DNA of 43,061 nt from positions 1 through 43,061 of the forward strand of contig JAJRSS010000006.1 in the NCBI GenBank assembly GCA_024278615.1. The letters run 5' to 3'. The notes beneath the pieces are model-generated. The model ran no database searches. It saw only the letters and a program-made list of their open reading frames with translations, and was not told where the DNA came from. Shown here one piece after another: positions 19,286-28,273 of this stretch. Each line of letters opens with the position of its first letter. The stretch's first letter is position 1. The position numbers and the translations under genes are program-made. Source of the stretch: Alphaproteobacteria bacterium (GTDB taxonomy: Bacteria > Pseudomonadota > Alphaproteobacteria > Rhodospirillales > 2-02-FULL-58-16).

Positions 19286-20752
19286 ATGGCCCGCGACTCC
19301 AATGTTTATGTTTGTCAGGAATGCGGGGCGTCGGTGGCCAAGTGGAGCGGCCGGTGCGACGCCTGCGGCGGCTGGAACACCCTGACGGAAGAAGCCAAAC
19401 CGGAAGCGACACCCAAGGGGCTGGGTGCCAGGCGCGGGCGTAAGGTGGAATTCGTCGGCCTGGAAGGGACCACGGCGCGCCAGCCCAGGCGGATTACCGG
19501 CATTGAAGAGTTCGACCGGGTTACCGGCGGCGGGCTGGTGCCCGGGTCCGCCATTCTGGTCGGCGGCGACCCGGGAATAGGTAAATCGACCTTGCTGTTG
19601 CAAGTGGCTGCGGCGCTGGCCAATAAATCCGGTGATGACGCCGGCGTCGCCTATATCTCGGGCGAGGAATCCATAGACCAGTTACGGCTGCGGGCCGAAC
19701 GGCTGGACCTGACCAAGGCGCCCGTGCGTCTGGCGACGGCGACCTCGGTGCGCGATATCGCCGCTTCCCTGGGTGGAACCGGCGGGCCGGACGTGGTGGT
19801 TATCGATTCCATTCAGACCATGTTCGTGGATACCCTTGAATCGGTGCCGGGTACCGTATCCCAGGTGCGCGCCTCGGCCCAGGAACTGATCCGGCTGGCC
19901 AAGCGGCGGGGTTTCTGCCTGTTTCTGGTCGGCCACGTGACCAAGGAAGGGGTGATCGCCGGCCCCCGGGTGCTGGAGCACATGGTCGACACGGTGCTCT
20001 ATTTCGAGGGCGAGCGCAGCCACCAATTCCGGATTCTGCGTTCGGTCAAGAACCGCTATGGGCCAACGGACGAAATCGGCGTTTTCGAGATGACCGGCGG
20101 CGGTTTGTCCCAGGTGCCCAATCCCTCGGCCCTGTTCCTGGCCGACCGGGAGGAGGACGCCACCGGCGCTGCCGTTTTCGCCGGCATGGAGGGAACCCGC
20201 CCGGTTCTGGTGGAAATTCAAGCCCTTGTCGCCCCCTCCCCCCTTGGTACGCCGCGTCGCGCCGTGGTCGGCTGGGACCAGGCCCGGCTGTCGATGGTGC
20301 TGGCGGTGCTGGAAGCCCGATCCGGCCTTGCGCTGGCGGGCAGCGACGTATACCTAAACATCGCCGGCGGGCTGCGGATCACGGAACCGGCGGCAGATTT
20401 GGCGGTGGCGGCGGCGGTGGTTTCATCGGTCAGTGGCGTGCCCGTGCCGGGCGAGACCGTAATCTTCGGCGAGATCGGCCTGGCCGGCGAAGTACGGGCC
20501 GTGGGTCTCGGGGATGCCAGGCTGAAGGAAGCGAAAAAGTTGGGATTCACCAATGCCTTGGTGCCCGGCAGCCGGGCCAAGGAAGCCGCCGACATGGGTA
20601 TGGATATTGGCGGGATCCGCCACGTAGCTGATTTATTGAACTTGTTCGATGCCTCCGCAAATGAAGTCAGGAAAACCGAGACCAGGCAATACAGCATGAA
20701 CCCGCGGCCTCCAAAAAAAGCCCAAAATGGCAAGAAAGCCCAGAATGGATAA
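19286..20752 (+). CDS. radA: DNA repair protein RadA/Sms
   Basis: C4 zinc finger 'CQECG..KWSGRCDAC', 'GDPGIGKST', 'KNRYG', Lon-like C-terminal domain. Confidence 0.97.
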   Translation: MARDSNVYVCQECGASVAKWSGRCDACGGWNTLTEEAKPEATPKGLGARRGRKVEFVGLEGTTARQPRRITGIEEFDRVTGGGLVPGSAILVGGDPGIGKSTLLLQVAAALANKSGDDAGVAYISGEESIDQLRLRAERLDLTKAPVRLATATSVRDIAASLGGTGGPDVVVIDSIQTMFVDTLESVPGTVSQVRASAQELIRLAKRRGFCLFLVGHVTKEGVIAGPRVLEHMVDTVLYFEGERSHQFRILRSVKNRYGPTDEIGVFEMTGGGLSQVPNPSALFLADREEDATGAAVFAGMEGTRPVLVEIQALVAPSPLGTPRRAVVGWDQARLSMVLAVLEARSGLALAGSDVYLNIAGGLRITEPAADLAVAAAVVSSVSGVPVPGETVIFGEIGLAGEVRAVGLGDARLKEAKKLGFTNALVPGSRAKEAADMGMDIGGIRHVADLLNLFDASANEVRKTETRQYSMNPRPPKKAQNGKKAQNG

Positions 20753-21503
20753 CCTTCCCATCCACATCGTTGATCTTGGCGTCGCCGTGGTATTGCTGGT
20801 TTCGGCCTTCTTTGCCTTCGCCCGAGGGTTCGTGCACGAGATCCTGTCGGTGATCGGCTGGGTGGGCGCCATTTTCGCCGCCATCTACGGCCTGCCCTAT
20901 GTCAAACCCCACGCCCGGGATTTGATCGAGATGAAACTGATCGCCGATGTCGCCGCCGGGGCGTTCGTTTTCCTCATCACCCTGCTGGTGTTGTCGCTGC
21001 TGACCGGCGCCATCGCACGGCGGGTTAAGGACAGTTCCCTCAACGCCCTTGACCGGGCGCTGGGATTTCTTTTCGGCCTGGCACGGGGCGCCGTACTGGT
21101 CAGTTTGGTCTTCGTCGCCGCCGAATGGATTTTGGTAACGCCGCCGGACCCCAAGGATGGCCAGGCGCAGGCGCCAAGTCAGCAAACGGCAAGTCAGGAC
21201 ACCGCTGACGCGGCGGACGAAAACGATCTGCCGCCCGACCCGCTGGCCTGGATCAGGTCGGCCCGCAGCATGCCGCTGATCGAAACCGGAGCCGCCCTGC
21301 TGGCCTCCATGGTGCCGGCTGGAAACGGCACACCCAAGGCTTCGTTTAATATCCGCTCAAAGGCGGAGGAATTGATGGAAGGGCAGAAAATTCTCCGCAA
21401 CCTGATCAGTCCCACGCCTAAAAACGATACCGGCGATCAACCCAATGGGTACACCAAGAGGGAGCGCGAAGAAATGCAACGGTTGATCGAAGGCAACAAC
21501 TGA
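20745..21503 (+). CDS. cvpA: CvpA-family membrane protein
   Basis: 'RGFVHEILS', 'LDRALGFLFGLARG'; radA-cvpA-purF order. Start 20745 or 20727. Confidence 0.9.
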   Translation: MDNLPIHIVDLGVAVVLLVSAFFAFARGFVHEILSVIGWVGAIFAAIYGLPYVKPHARDLIEMKLIADVAAGAFVFLITLLVLSLLTGAIARRVKDSSLNALDRALGFLFGLARGAVLVSLVFVAAEWILVTPPDPKDGQAQAPSQQTASQDTADAADENDLPPDPLAWIRSARSMPLIETGAALLASMVPAGNGTPKASFNIRSKAEELMEGQKILRNLISPTPKNDTGDQPNGYTKREREEMQRLIEGNN

Positions 21504-21519
21504 CCGGAATTTGGAAGCC

Positions 21520-22992
21520 ATGGCGCAAAAAAAGGATTATGCCCACATGCCGCCGGCCGATGATGACCACCCCCATGAGGAATGCGGCGTCTTCGGTATC
21601 TTCGGTCATCCGGAATCCGCCGCCCACGTGGCGCTGGGCCTGCATGCCCTTCAACACCGGGGGCAGGAAGCAGCGGGTATCGTCTCGTATGACGGCGTCC
21701 AGTTCAACAGTCACCGGGCTCTGGGCCTGGTCGGCGACAATTTCAGTTCCAAGGAAATCATCAGCCGCCTTCCCGGAACCATGGCCCTGGGACACAACCG
21801 GTATTCCACCACCGGCGATACGGTGCTGCGCAACGTTCAACCGCTGTTTGCCGATTTCAGTTTCGGCGGCTTGGCCATCGCCCACAACGGCAACCTGACC
21901 AATGCTTACGGCACCCGGAAAATGCTGGTCAAACGGGGCTGCATCTTCCAATCGACCAGCGATACCGAAACCATCATCCACCTGATCGCGCTAAGCCACC
22001 GCAGTATCGTGGTCGAACGCATGATCGACGCCTTAAAGCAGACGGACGGCGCCTATTCCCTGGTCGCCATGACCCACGAAAAACTAATTGGCGTACGGGA
22101 TCCTCACGGGGTGCGCCCCCTGGTTTTGGGAAAAATGGGTGAAGCCCACATCCTGGCCTCGGAAACCTGCGCCCTGGACATCATCGGCGCGGAGTTTGTC
22201 CGCGATGTGGAGCCGGGCGAGATGGTCGTTATCGACAGAGATGGCCTGCGCAGCATCTATCCCTTCCCAAAACTGGACTCCAAATTCTGTATTTTTGAAT
22301 ACATCTATTTTGCCCGCCCCGACAGCACCATCGAAGGCAAAAACGTCTATAACGTACGCAAGCGTATCGGCGCCGAGTTGGCCCGGGAAAGCCATATCGA
22401 TTGCGATATGGTGGTCCCGGTTCCCGATTCCGGCGTGCCCGCAGCCCTGGGATATGCCGAACAATCCGGAATTCCCTTCGAACTGGGCATCATCCGCAAC
22501 CACTACGTGGGCCGCACATTCATCGAACCAACGGATCAGATCCGCCACTTCGGGGTAAAACTGAAGCACAACGCCAACATTGGGCATTTGCGCGGCAAGC
22601 GGGTTATTCTGGTAGATGATTCTATCGTTCGCGGAACCACATCGGTAAAGATCGTCGAAATGGTGCGTAACGCCGGCGCCAGTGAAGTTCACATGCGTAT
22701 TTCAAGCCCGCCCATCACGGATTCCTGTTTTTACGGCATAGATACCCCGGACCGGGAAGAGTTGCTGGGCGCCCACCTGGACGTAGAGGGCATGACCCGA
22801 TTGATTGGCGTCGATTCACTGGCGTTCATTTCTACCGAAGGGCTGTATCGCGCCGTCCAGAAAACCGGCCGCAACGCGAATTGCCCCCAGTATTGCGACG
22901 CCTGCTTCACCGGCGAATACTCCATCCGGTTGACCGACAAGGAGGACGGTCCCATCCCCCTGCAGCTTTCGCTGCTGGCCGAGCGGCAATAA
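21520..22992 (+). CDS. purF: Amidophosphoribosyltransferase
   Basis: Propeptide then 'EECGVFG', 'LQHRGQ', 'VDDSIVRGTT', C-terminal 'YCDACF' Fe-S ligands. Confidence 0.97.
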   Translation: MAQKKDYAHMPPADDDHPHEECGVFGIFGHPESAAHVALGLHALQHRGQEAAGIVSYDGVQFNSHRALGLVGDNFSSKEIISRLPGTMALGHNRYSTTGDTVLRNVQPLFADFSFGGLAIAHNGNLTNAYGTRKMLVKRGCIFQSTSDTETIIHLIALSHRSIVVERMIDALKQTDGAYSLVAMTHEKLIGVRDPHGVRPLVLGKMGEAHILASETCALDIIGAEFVRDVEPGEMVVIDRDGLRSIYPFPKLDSKFCIFEYIYFARPDSTIEGKNVYNVRKRIGAELARESHIDCDMVVPVPDSGVPAALGYAEQSGIPFELGIIRNHYVGRTFIEPTDQIRHFGVKLKHNANIGHLRGKRVILVDDSIVRGTTSVKIVEMVRNAGASEVHMRISSPPITDSCFYGIDTPDREELLGAHLDVEGMTRLIGVDSLAFISTEGLYRAVQKTGRNANCPQYCDACFTGEYSIRLTDKEDGPIPLQLSLLAERQ

Positions 22993-22994
22993 CC

Positions 22995-23714
22995 TTGACC
23001 GTCGGCAGCGGTCGTTTGGACGGACGGATCGCCCTGATTACCGGCGCATCCCGGGGGATCGGCCGGGCGGTGGCCCACCGGTTCGCCGATGAAGGCGCCC
23101 ACCTGATCCTGACTGCACGTACCCAGGGAGCGCTGGAGGAACTGGACGACGAAATACGCAACGCCACCGGCAGCCGGCCGACACTGGTTCCAGCGGACTT
23201 GACCGATGGGGATGGTATAGACAGAATGGGCGCAGCCGTGTTCGACCGGTTCAAGCGGCTCGACGTCTTGGTCGGCAATGCCGGCCTGCTCATGCCCCTG
23301 AGTCCCGTGGCACACATCGATCCCAGATCCTGGGATCAGGTGATGGCTGTTAATTTGACTGCCAACTGGCGGTTGATCCGCAGCTTTGACCCTTTGCTCA
23401 GGGCGTCCGATGCAGGCCGGGCGATATTTGTTTCTTCGTCGGCGACCAAGGGCGTCTGGCCCTATTGGGGGGCTTACGCAGTAAGCAAGGCCGCCCTTGA
23501 AACCTTGGTCCGGACTTACGCCGCGGAGATTGGAAAAACCCGTGTCAGGGCCAACCTGATCAATCCGGGCCCGACAAGAACAGCCATGCGGCCCATTGCC
23601 TTCCCGGGTGAAGACCCGGCGACGGTCAAGACGCCGGAAAGTGTTACCGGCGTATTCGTCGATCTGGCGGAAGCCGGCTGTGAGTTGAACGGGAAACTGG
23701 TCAACGTCGGCTAA
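22995..23714 (+). CDS. SDR oxidoreductase (YciK-like) downstream of purF
   Basis: 'ITGASRGIG', 'YWGAYAVSK', 'NPGPTRTAMR..AFPGED'; TTG start assumed. Confidence 0.88.
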   Translation: MTVGSGRLDGRIALITGASRGIGRAVAHRFADEGAHLILTARTQGALEELDDEIRNATGSRPTLVPADLTDGDGIDRMGAAVFDRFKRLDVLVGNAGLLMPLSPVAHIDPRSWDQVMAVNLTANWRLIRSFDPLLRASDAGRAIFVSSSATKGVWPYWGAYAVSKAALETLVRTYAAEIGKTRVRANLINPGPTRTAMRPIAFPGEDPATVKTPESVTGVFVDLAEAGCELNGKLVNVG

Positions 23715-23804
23715 ACGTCGTGGTTCGCCACCGGGTTTTCCTGGCGAAAGACGGCGGAAAAAATCAAAGAATGAAGCGTTAGCGCTTCGACGAAGGAATG
23801 AATT

Positions 23805-24467
23805 ATGGATATGCCAAGCAGTTTTAGTCTTTTTCGCCGTACCAAAGCTCTTGAAACCGAGATCGATCAGTTTCTCGACAAGATTTCCCAGGCATCGCTG
23901 TTGTTCAAGCGAGCTATCCAGATTTATACGGAAAGCGGTTGCACCGAAGAATTCGACGAAAAACTGCATCAGGTCAATCAACTGGAAAGTACCGCCGACC
24001 ACCTTCGCCGGGCCATCGAAACCCAGCTTTACACACAGACCCTGATCCCGGAATCCCGCGGCGACGTGCTTGGCCTTCTAGAAAACCTGGACTCGGTGAT
24101 CAACGACCTGGAAGGCGCGCTATGGGGGTTCTCCATTGAAATCCCGGTAATCCCGGAAGATTACCGGGCCGATTATGTGGCCTTGACCGATATGGTGGTG
24201 CAGGCGGTGGAATCCCTGGTACTGGCATCCCGCGCTTTCTTCCGCAATATCGAAGCCGTTCCCGACCACAACCACAAGGTCATGTTCTATGAAAAGGAAG
24301 CCGACCGGGTCAGCACCAAGCTGAAAAAAGCGATTTTTCGCTCGGACCTTCCGCTGAGCCAAAAAGCCCAGCTCCGCAATTTCGTCGAGCACATCGACAA
24401 CGTGGCCGACAAGTCTGAGGACGTAGCGGATCGCCTGGCGATCTATACCATCAAGCGGACGGTCTGA
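23805..24467 (+). CDS. DUF47 / PhoU-like Pit accessory protein
   Basis: 'LESTADHLRR', 'EKEAD', 'VADKSEDVAD' helical-bundle motifs; directly upstream of a Pit transporter. Confidence 0.88.
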   Translation: MDMPSSFSLFRRTKALETEIDQFLDKISQASLLFKRAIQIYTESGCTEEFDEKLHQVNQLESTADHLRRAIETQLYTQTLIPESRGDVLGLLENLDSVINDLEGALWGFSIEIPVIPEDYRADYVALTDMVVQAVESLVLASRAFFRNIEAVPDHNHKVMFYEKEADRVSTKLKKAIFRSDLPLSQKAQLRNFVEHIDNVADKSEDVADRLAIYTIKRTV

Positions 24468-24474
24468 CTCTTCC

Positions 24475-25959
24475 ATGGAAATCACTATCCTTTTCTTCCT
24501 GACCAGCGGCTTGTTCCTGGGGTGGGCACTGGGCGCCAACGACGCCGCCAATGTATTCGGTACCGCCGTCGGCACCCGAATGGTGCAATTTACCACCGCC
24601 GCCATGATCTGCGGCGTCTTCGTCATCCTGGGCGCGGTGTTCAGCGGTGCCGGCACCACCGAGACCCTGGGAAAACTGGGTTCGGTGAACGCCCTTGGGG
24701 GGTCGTTCATGGCTGCCTTTTCCGCCGCCCTGGCGGTCTATATGATGACCAAGCTGGGCCTGCCCGTTTCCACTACCCAGTCCATTGTCGGTAGCATTAT
24801 CGGCTGGAACCTGTTCAGCCAGACGCAGACCGACACCACGTCGCTTTTGAAAATTTTGGCGACCTGGGTTGTTTCCCCGATATTGGCCGCCATCATCGCC
24901 ATCGTGTTATTTAAGCTGGTGGCGGTTTTCCTTCGCCACGCCAAAATCCACCTGCTTCGCACCGACGCTTATACCCGGGCTGGCTTGTTGCTTGCCGGAG
25001 CCTTTGGTTCATACAGCCTGGGCGCCAATAACATCGCCAACGTGGTCGGCGTGTTCATTCCCGCTTCCCCCTTCACGGATTTCCACTTCACAGATCTGCT
25101 GACTTTTACCTCGACACAACAACTCATGCTTCTGGGTGGCTTCGCCATTGCGGTTGGCGTATTTACCTATTCCAAGCGGGTGATGCTGACGGTCGGCGGC
25201 GGCTTGCTGTCCCTGTCGCCCATCGCCGCATGGGTGGTGGTGACTTCCCATTCCATCGTGCTCTTCCTGTTCGCTTCAAAGGGACTGGAGCATTTCCTGG
25301 CTACCAACGGTTTGCCCACCATTCCCCTGGTCCCGGTGTCCAGTTCCCAGGCCGTGGTCGGCGCGATCATCGGCATCGGCATCCTGAAAGGCGGGCGCGG
25401 CATCCGATGGCGGGTACTGGGCGGCATCGGCGCCGGCTGGGTGATGACACCCCTGCTGGCCGGCCTGATTTGTTTTGTCGGCCTGTTTTTCCTTCAAAAC
25501 GTTTTCGACCAGAAGGTTTACCGCCCAGTACCCTATGAATTGTCCGAACCGGCGATAGAACGGATGGAAAAACTTGGAGTGGCGGTCGGTAACTTCCGGG
25601 ACCTTCATTCCAGGCGGTTCGAAACGGCGATTGCTATCCGTGACGCACTGAAAGAACGGACAGGGTTGAGCGACGAGGACCTGGTCACCATCCTGGATGC
25701 CGCCGAATTGGATTTGATGGTCGTAGACGCGACAGGCATCGATTCCTTAGAGAAAAGCCGGTTGACCGATGGGCAGGTCCAGGCGCTCCGGTCCCTGGCC
25801 GGTGAACGCTATCCCCATCGCTGGATGCTTGCCGATGCCTTGGCCCGGATCAGCGAAGAATGGCGGCCCAGGGAGAAAAACAAGATCAACAAGATCTACA
25901 ATGTAGACTTGAAAGCCCGGCTGGCGGTCGTCTTTCGGACATTCCGCGCCGATCAATAG
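24475..25959 (+). CDS. Pit (PHO4)-family inorganic phosphate transporter with a soluble C-terminal extension
   Basis: Signature repeats 'GANDAAN..GT' and 'GANNIAN', 'PVSTTQ', 'PVSSSQ'; hydrophilic tail of about 150 aa. Confidence 0.92.
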   Translation: MEITILFFLTSGLFLGWALGANDAANVFGTAVGTRMVQFTTAAMICGVFVILGAVFSGAGTTETLGKLGSVNALGGSFMAAFSAALAVYMMTKLGLPVSTTQSIVGSIIGWNLFSQTQTDTTSLLKILATWVVSPILAAIIAIVLFKLVAVFLRHAKIHLLRTDAYTRAGLLLAGAFGSYSLGANNIANVVGVFIPASPFTDFHFTDLLTFTSTQQLMLLGGFAIAVGVFTYSKRVMLTVGGGLLSLSPIAAWVVVTSHSIVLFLFASKGLEHFLATNGLPTIPLVPVSSSQAVVGAIIGIGILKGGRGIRWRVLGGIGAGWVMTPLLAGLICFVGLFFLQNVFDQKVYRPVPYELSEPAIERMEKLGVAVGNFRDLHSRRFETAIAIRDALKERTGLSDEDLVTILDAAELDLMVVDATGIDSLEKSRLTDGQVQALRSLAGERYPHRWMLADALARISEEWRPREKNKINKIYNVDLKARLAVVFRTFRADQ

Positions 25960-26005
25960 GGCTGACCTCGCCCAAACGATAGCCAAGCGATGAATAGGCA
26001 GCCGG

Positions 26006-26776
26006 TCAGGTCTTTTCGTCGCCAGCAATCATGATTTCCGCCGTCAGCCGGTCAAGCTCTTCCTTCAAGGCTTCTTTTGGGTGGCGGTCGGTAATCAGGA
26101 AGGAAACCTGGTCCAGGTGGGCTACCCGAACCGGCGCCAGGCGGTTGAATTTCGTATGATCGGCAAGAAGCACCTTGGTCCGGCCCTGGGCCAGCATGCG
26201 ACTTCGAAGCTCTGCCGCTTCGCGGGAAAAGTCCAGTAACTGGGCCCCGCTGGTCAAGGCGCTGACCCCGATAAAGACAAAATCGGCGAAGTAGTTAGCC
26301 AGCATTTCGGTGGCGTCCCGGCCCAGGGTAGCCCCATCGGCGCCCTGCATTTCCCCGCCCAGAAGCAACACTCGGTTTTCGTTGCGCCCGGCCAGGCGGC
26401 CAGCCACCTGGATGTCATTGGTATAGACGGTGAGCCGGCGCCTTTGGGCCAGCGCACGGGCGAGGCAAATGGTTGTGGTGCCGGAATCGATAATTACCGA
26501 AGCCCCATCGGGGACCAGGGTAGCCGCAAGGCGGCCGATGGCGTTTTTGCCCTTTGTGTTGACCGACATACGATCAGCAAAGGCGGGCTCTTCCGTTTCC
26601 ACGGAAAGAGCGCCGCCATGGGTCTTTTTTAGAAGGTTTTCCGCTGCCAGGCGGGAAATGTCGCGGCGGATGGTTTCCCGGGATACGTGGAACCGCCGAT
26701 AGAGCTCGGCGACCGAAACCGACCCTTTTTCCCCCAGGATTTGGACGATAAGTCCCCGCCGTTCCTCGGCCAACAT
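26006..26776 (-). CDS. DeoR/GlpR-family transcriptional regulator
   Basis: HTH 'VSRETIRRDI', 'HGGA', 'IDSGTT', 'ADHTKF'; divergent from the AEP transporter. Confidence 0.93.
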   Translation of the reverse strand: MLAEERRGLIVQILGEKGSVSVAELYRRFHVSRETIRRDISRLAAENLLKKTHGGALSVETEEPAFADRMSVNTKGKNAIGRLAATLVPDGASVIIDSGTTTICLARALAQRRRLTVYTNDIQVAGRLAGRNENRVLLLGGEMQGADGATLGRDATEMLANYFADFVFIGVSALTSGAQLLDFSREAAELRSRMLAQGRTKVLLADHTKFNRLAPVRVAHLDQVSFLITDRHPKEALKEELDRLTAEIMIAGDEKT

Positions 26777-26803
26777 GGATGATAAACCTCTTTTACCGCG
26801 AGG

Positions 26804-26832
26804 AGTCTGTTCACGACCACCCCCGCCGTCAA
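26804..26832 (-). promoter_or_regulatory. Candidate sigma70 promoter of the DeoR gene
   Basis: Minus strand TTGACG-N17-CAGACT. Confidence 0.5.
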
Positions 26833-26869
26833 CCCCGGCCCGGAAAACTTTTTTGCAATAAATGCTTCA

Positions 26870-26911
26870 CATAAGCACCACAAAATAGGACCTTAAGGGA
26901 CCTAAGGTCCC
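26870..26911. promoter_or_regulatory. Candidate operator region between deoR and aepX
   Basis: TTTTGTGGTGCTTATG on the minus strand (26870-85), similar to 32822-36; overlapping palindromes GGACCTTA-N7-TAAGGTCC and GGGACCT-A-AGGTCCC (26888-26911). Confidence 0.5.
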
Positions 26912-27119
26912 ACCTCAGGCTACTGTTACGATATTGACCCCAAATTTTTTGGGGGAAAAGTAGTTTTTTGAGGTAAATCATTGAGTTATGGGGCTTGAAC
27001 GATCACCCGAAGGCCCGGTTGATGCTCAACCGAGCCCGAGACAAGAGGGTGTAAGAGGGAGAAATCAGGTGGATCAGCCACCTGAAGAACCGTTTACCAG
27101 GGAGATGGAGATTCTTTCC

Positions 27120-28163
27120 ATGCACATCAAATCAATGCCGAAATCGATTACGCGGGTCCTTGCGGCTACTGCCGTCGGTGTATTCACTGCGGGGATCAGC
27201 GCCCCGTTGTTCGCCGAGACGCTGACCGTTTATACAGCCGTTGAAGCCGAAGACCTGAAGAAGTATGCCGCCCGGTTCAACGAGGACCATCCGGATATCA
27301 AGATCAAATGGGTCCGGGATTCCACTGGTATTGTCACTGCCAAGTTACTGGCCGAAAAGAACAACCCCAAGGCCGACGTGGTCTGGGGCCTCGCCGCGAC
27401 CAGCCTGATGCTGTTGGGCGAAGAGAACATGCTACAGCCCTATGCACCCAAGGGCCTTGACAAGCTGGACCCCAAGTTCAGGGATTCGAAAAATCCGCCG
27501 TCATGGACGGGCATGGACGCCTGGGTGGCGTCCATCTGCTACAACACGGTCGAAGGCAAGAAGAATGGCGTCCCCAAGCCTACTTCGTGGAAAGACCTGA
27601 CAAAACCCGCCTATAAGGGCCATGTGATCATGCCTAACCCCAATTCCTCTGGCACCGGTTTCCTGGATGTTTCCAGCTGGTTGCAGTTGTTTGGCGAGGA
27701 AGGCGGTTGGAAGTTCATGGATGCCCTTCATGAAAATATTGCCCGCTATACCCACTCGGGCTCAAAGCCCTGCAAGCTGGCGGCAGCCGGTGAAATTACC
27801 GTTGGGGTATCCTTCGCTTTCCGTGGCGCCAAGTCCAAAGCCAAGGGCGCTCCGCTCGATATCGTCATTCCTACCGAGGGCATCGGCTGGGATATGGAAG
27901 CGACCTCCATCATCAAGGGCACCAAGAAGCTGAAAGCGGCTCAAACCCTGGTCGATTGGTCGATCTCTGAAAAGGCCAACAAGATGTATAATGAGGGCTA
28001 TGCCGTTATCGGTATCCCCAGCTTGGCCAAACCAGTTAAGTACTTCCCCAAGGAAGTCGCCACCAAGATGATCGACAACGACTTCGCCTGGGCGGCCAAG
28101 AACCGCAAGCGCATTCTTTCCGAGTGGCAGAAGCGTTTCGATTCCAAGTCCGATCCCAAGTAG
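27120..28163 (+). CDS. aepX: 2-aminoethylphosphonate ABC transporter substrate-binding protein (AepX/PhnS2 type)
   Basis: Signal peptide; 'LTVYTAVEAE', 'WVRDSTGIVTAKLLAEK', 'PNPNSSGTGFLDVS', 'YTHSGSKPC', 'GWDMEA'; phnWX nearby. GGAGA RBS before ATG 27120. Confidence 0.88.
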   Translation: MHIKSMPKSITRVLAATAVGVFTAGISAPLFAETLTVYTAVEAEDLKKYAARFNEDHPDIKIKWVRDSTGIVTAKLLAEKNNPKADVVWGLAATSLMLLGEENMLQPYAPKGLDKLDPKFRDSKNPPSWTGMDAWVASICYNTVEGKKNGVPKPTSWKDLTKPAYKGHVIMPNPNSSGTGFLDVSSWLQLFGEEGGWKFMDALHENIARYTHSGSKPCKLAAAGEITVGVSFAFRGAKSKAKGAPLDIVIPTEGIGWDMEATSIIKGTKKLKAAQTLVDWSISEKANKMYNEGYAVIGIPSLAKPVKYFPKEVATKMIDNDFAWAAKNRKRILSEWQKRFDSKSDPK

Positions 28164-28194
28164 CGGTTTCCTAACAAAACCGATCATGACAAAA

Positions 28195-28227
28195 TCCCAT
28201 CCGTGTCCCAGCCAGGCACGGATGGGA
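28195..28227. other. 13-bp stem-loop after the binding-protein gene (probable mRNA-stabilising hairpin)
   Basis: TCCCATCCGTGTC-CCAGCCA-GGCACGGATGGGA with no U-tract; flanked by CGATCATGA direct repeats. Confidence 0.65.
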
Positions 28228-28273
28228 CGATCATGAAGAGGAAGTTGTTCTTTCTGCTTCTTCCAAGAACAAT

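Noticed and set aside
26921-26940. Pho box upstream of aepX
   Set aside because: Only the first heptamer (CTGTTAC) fits; the second (TTGACCC) is a poor match.
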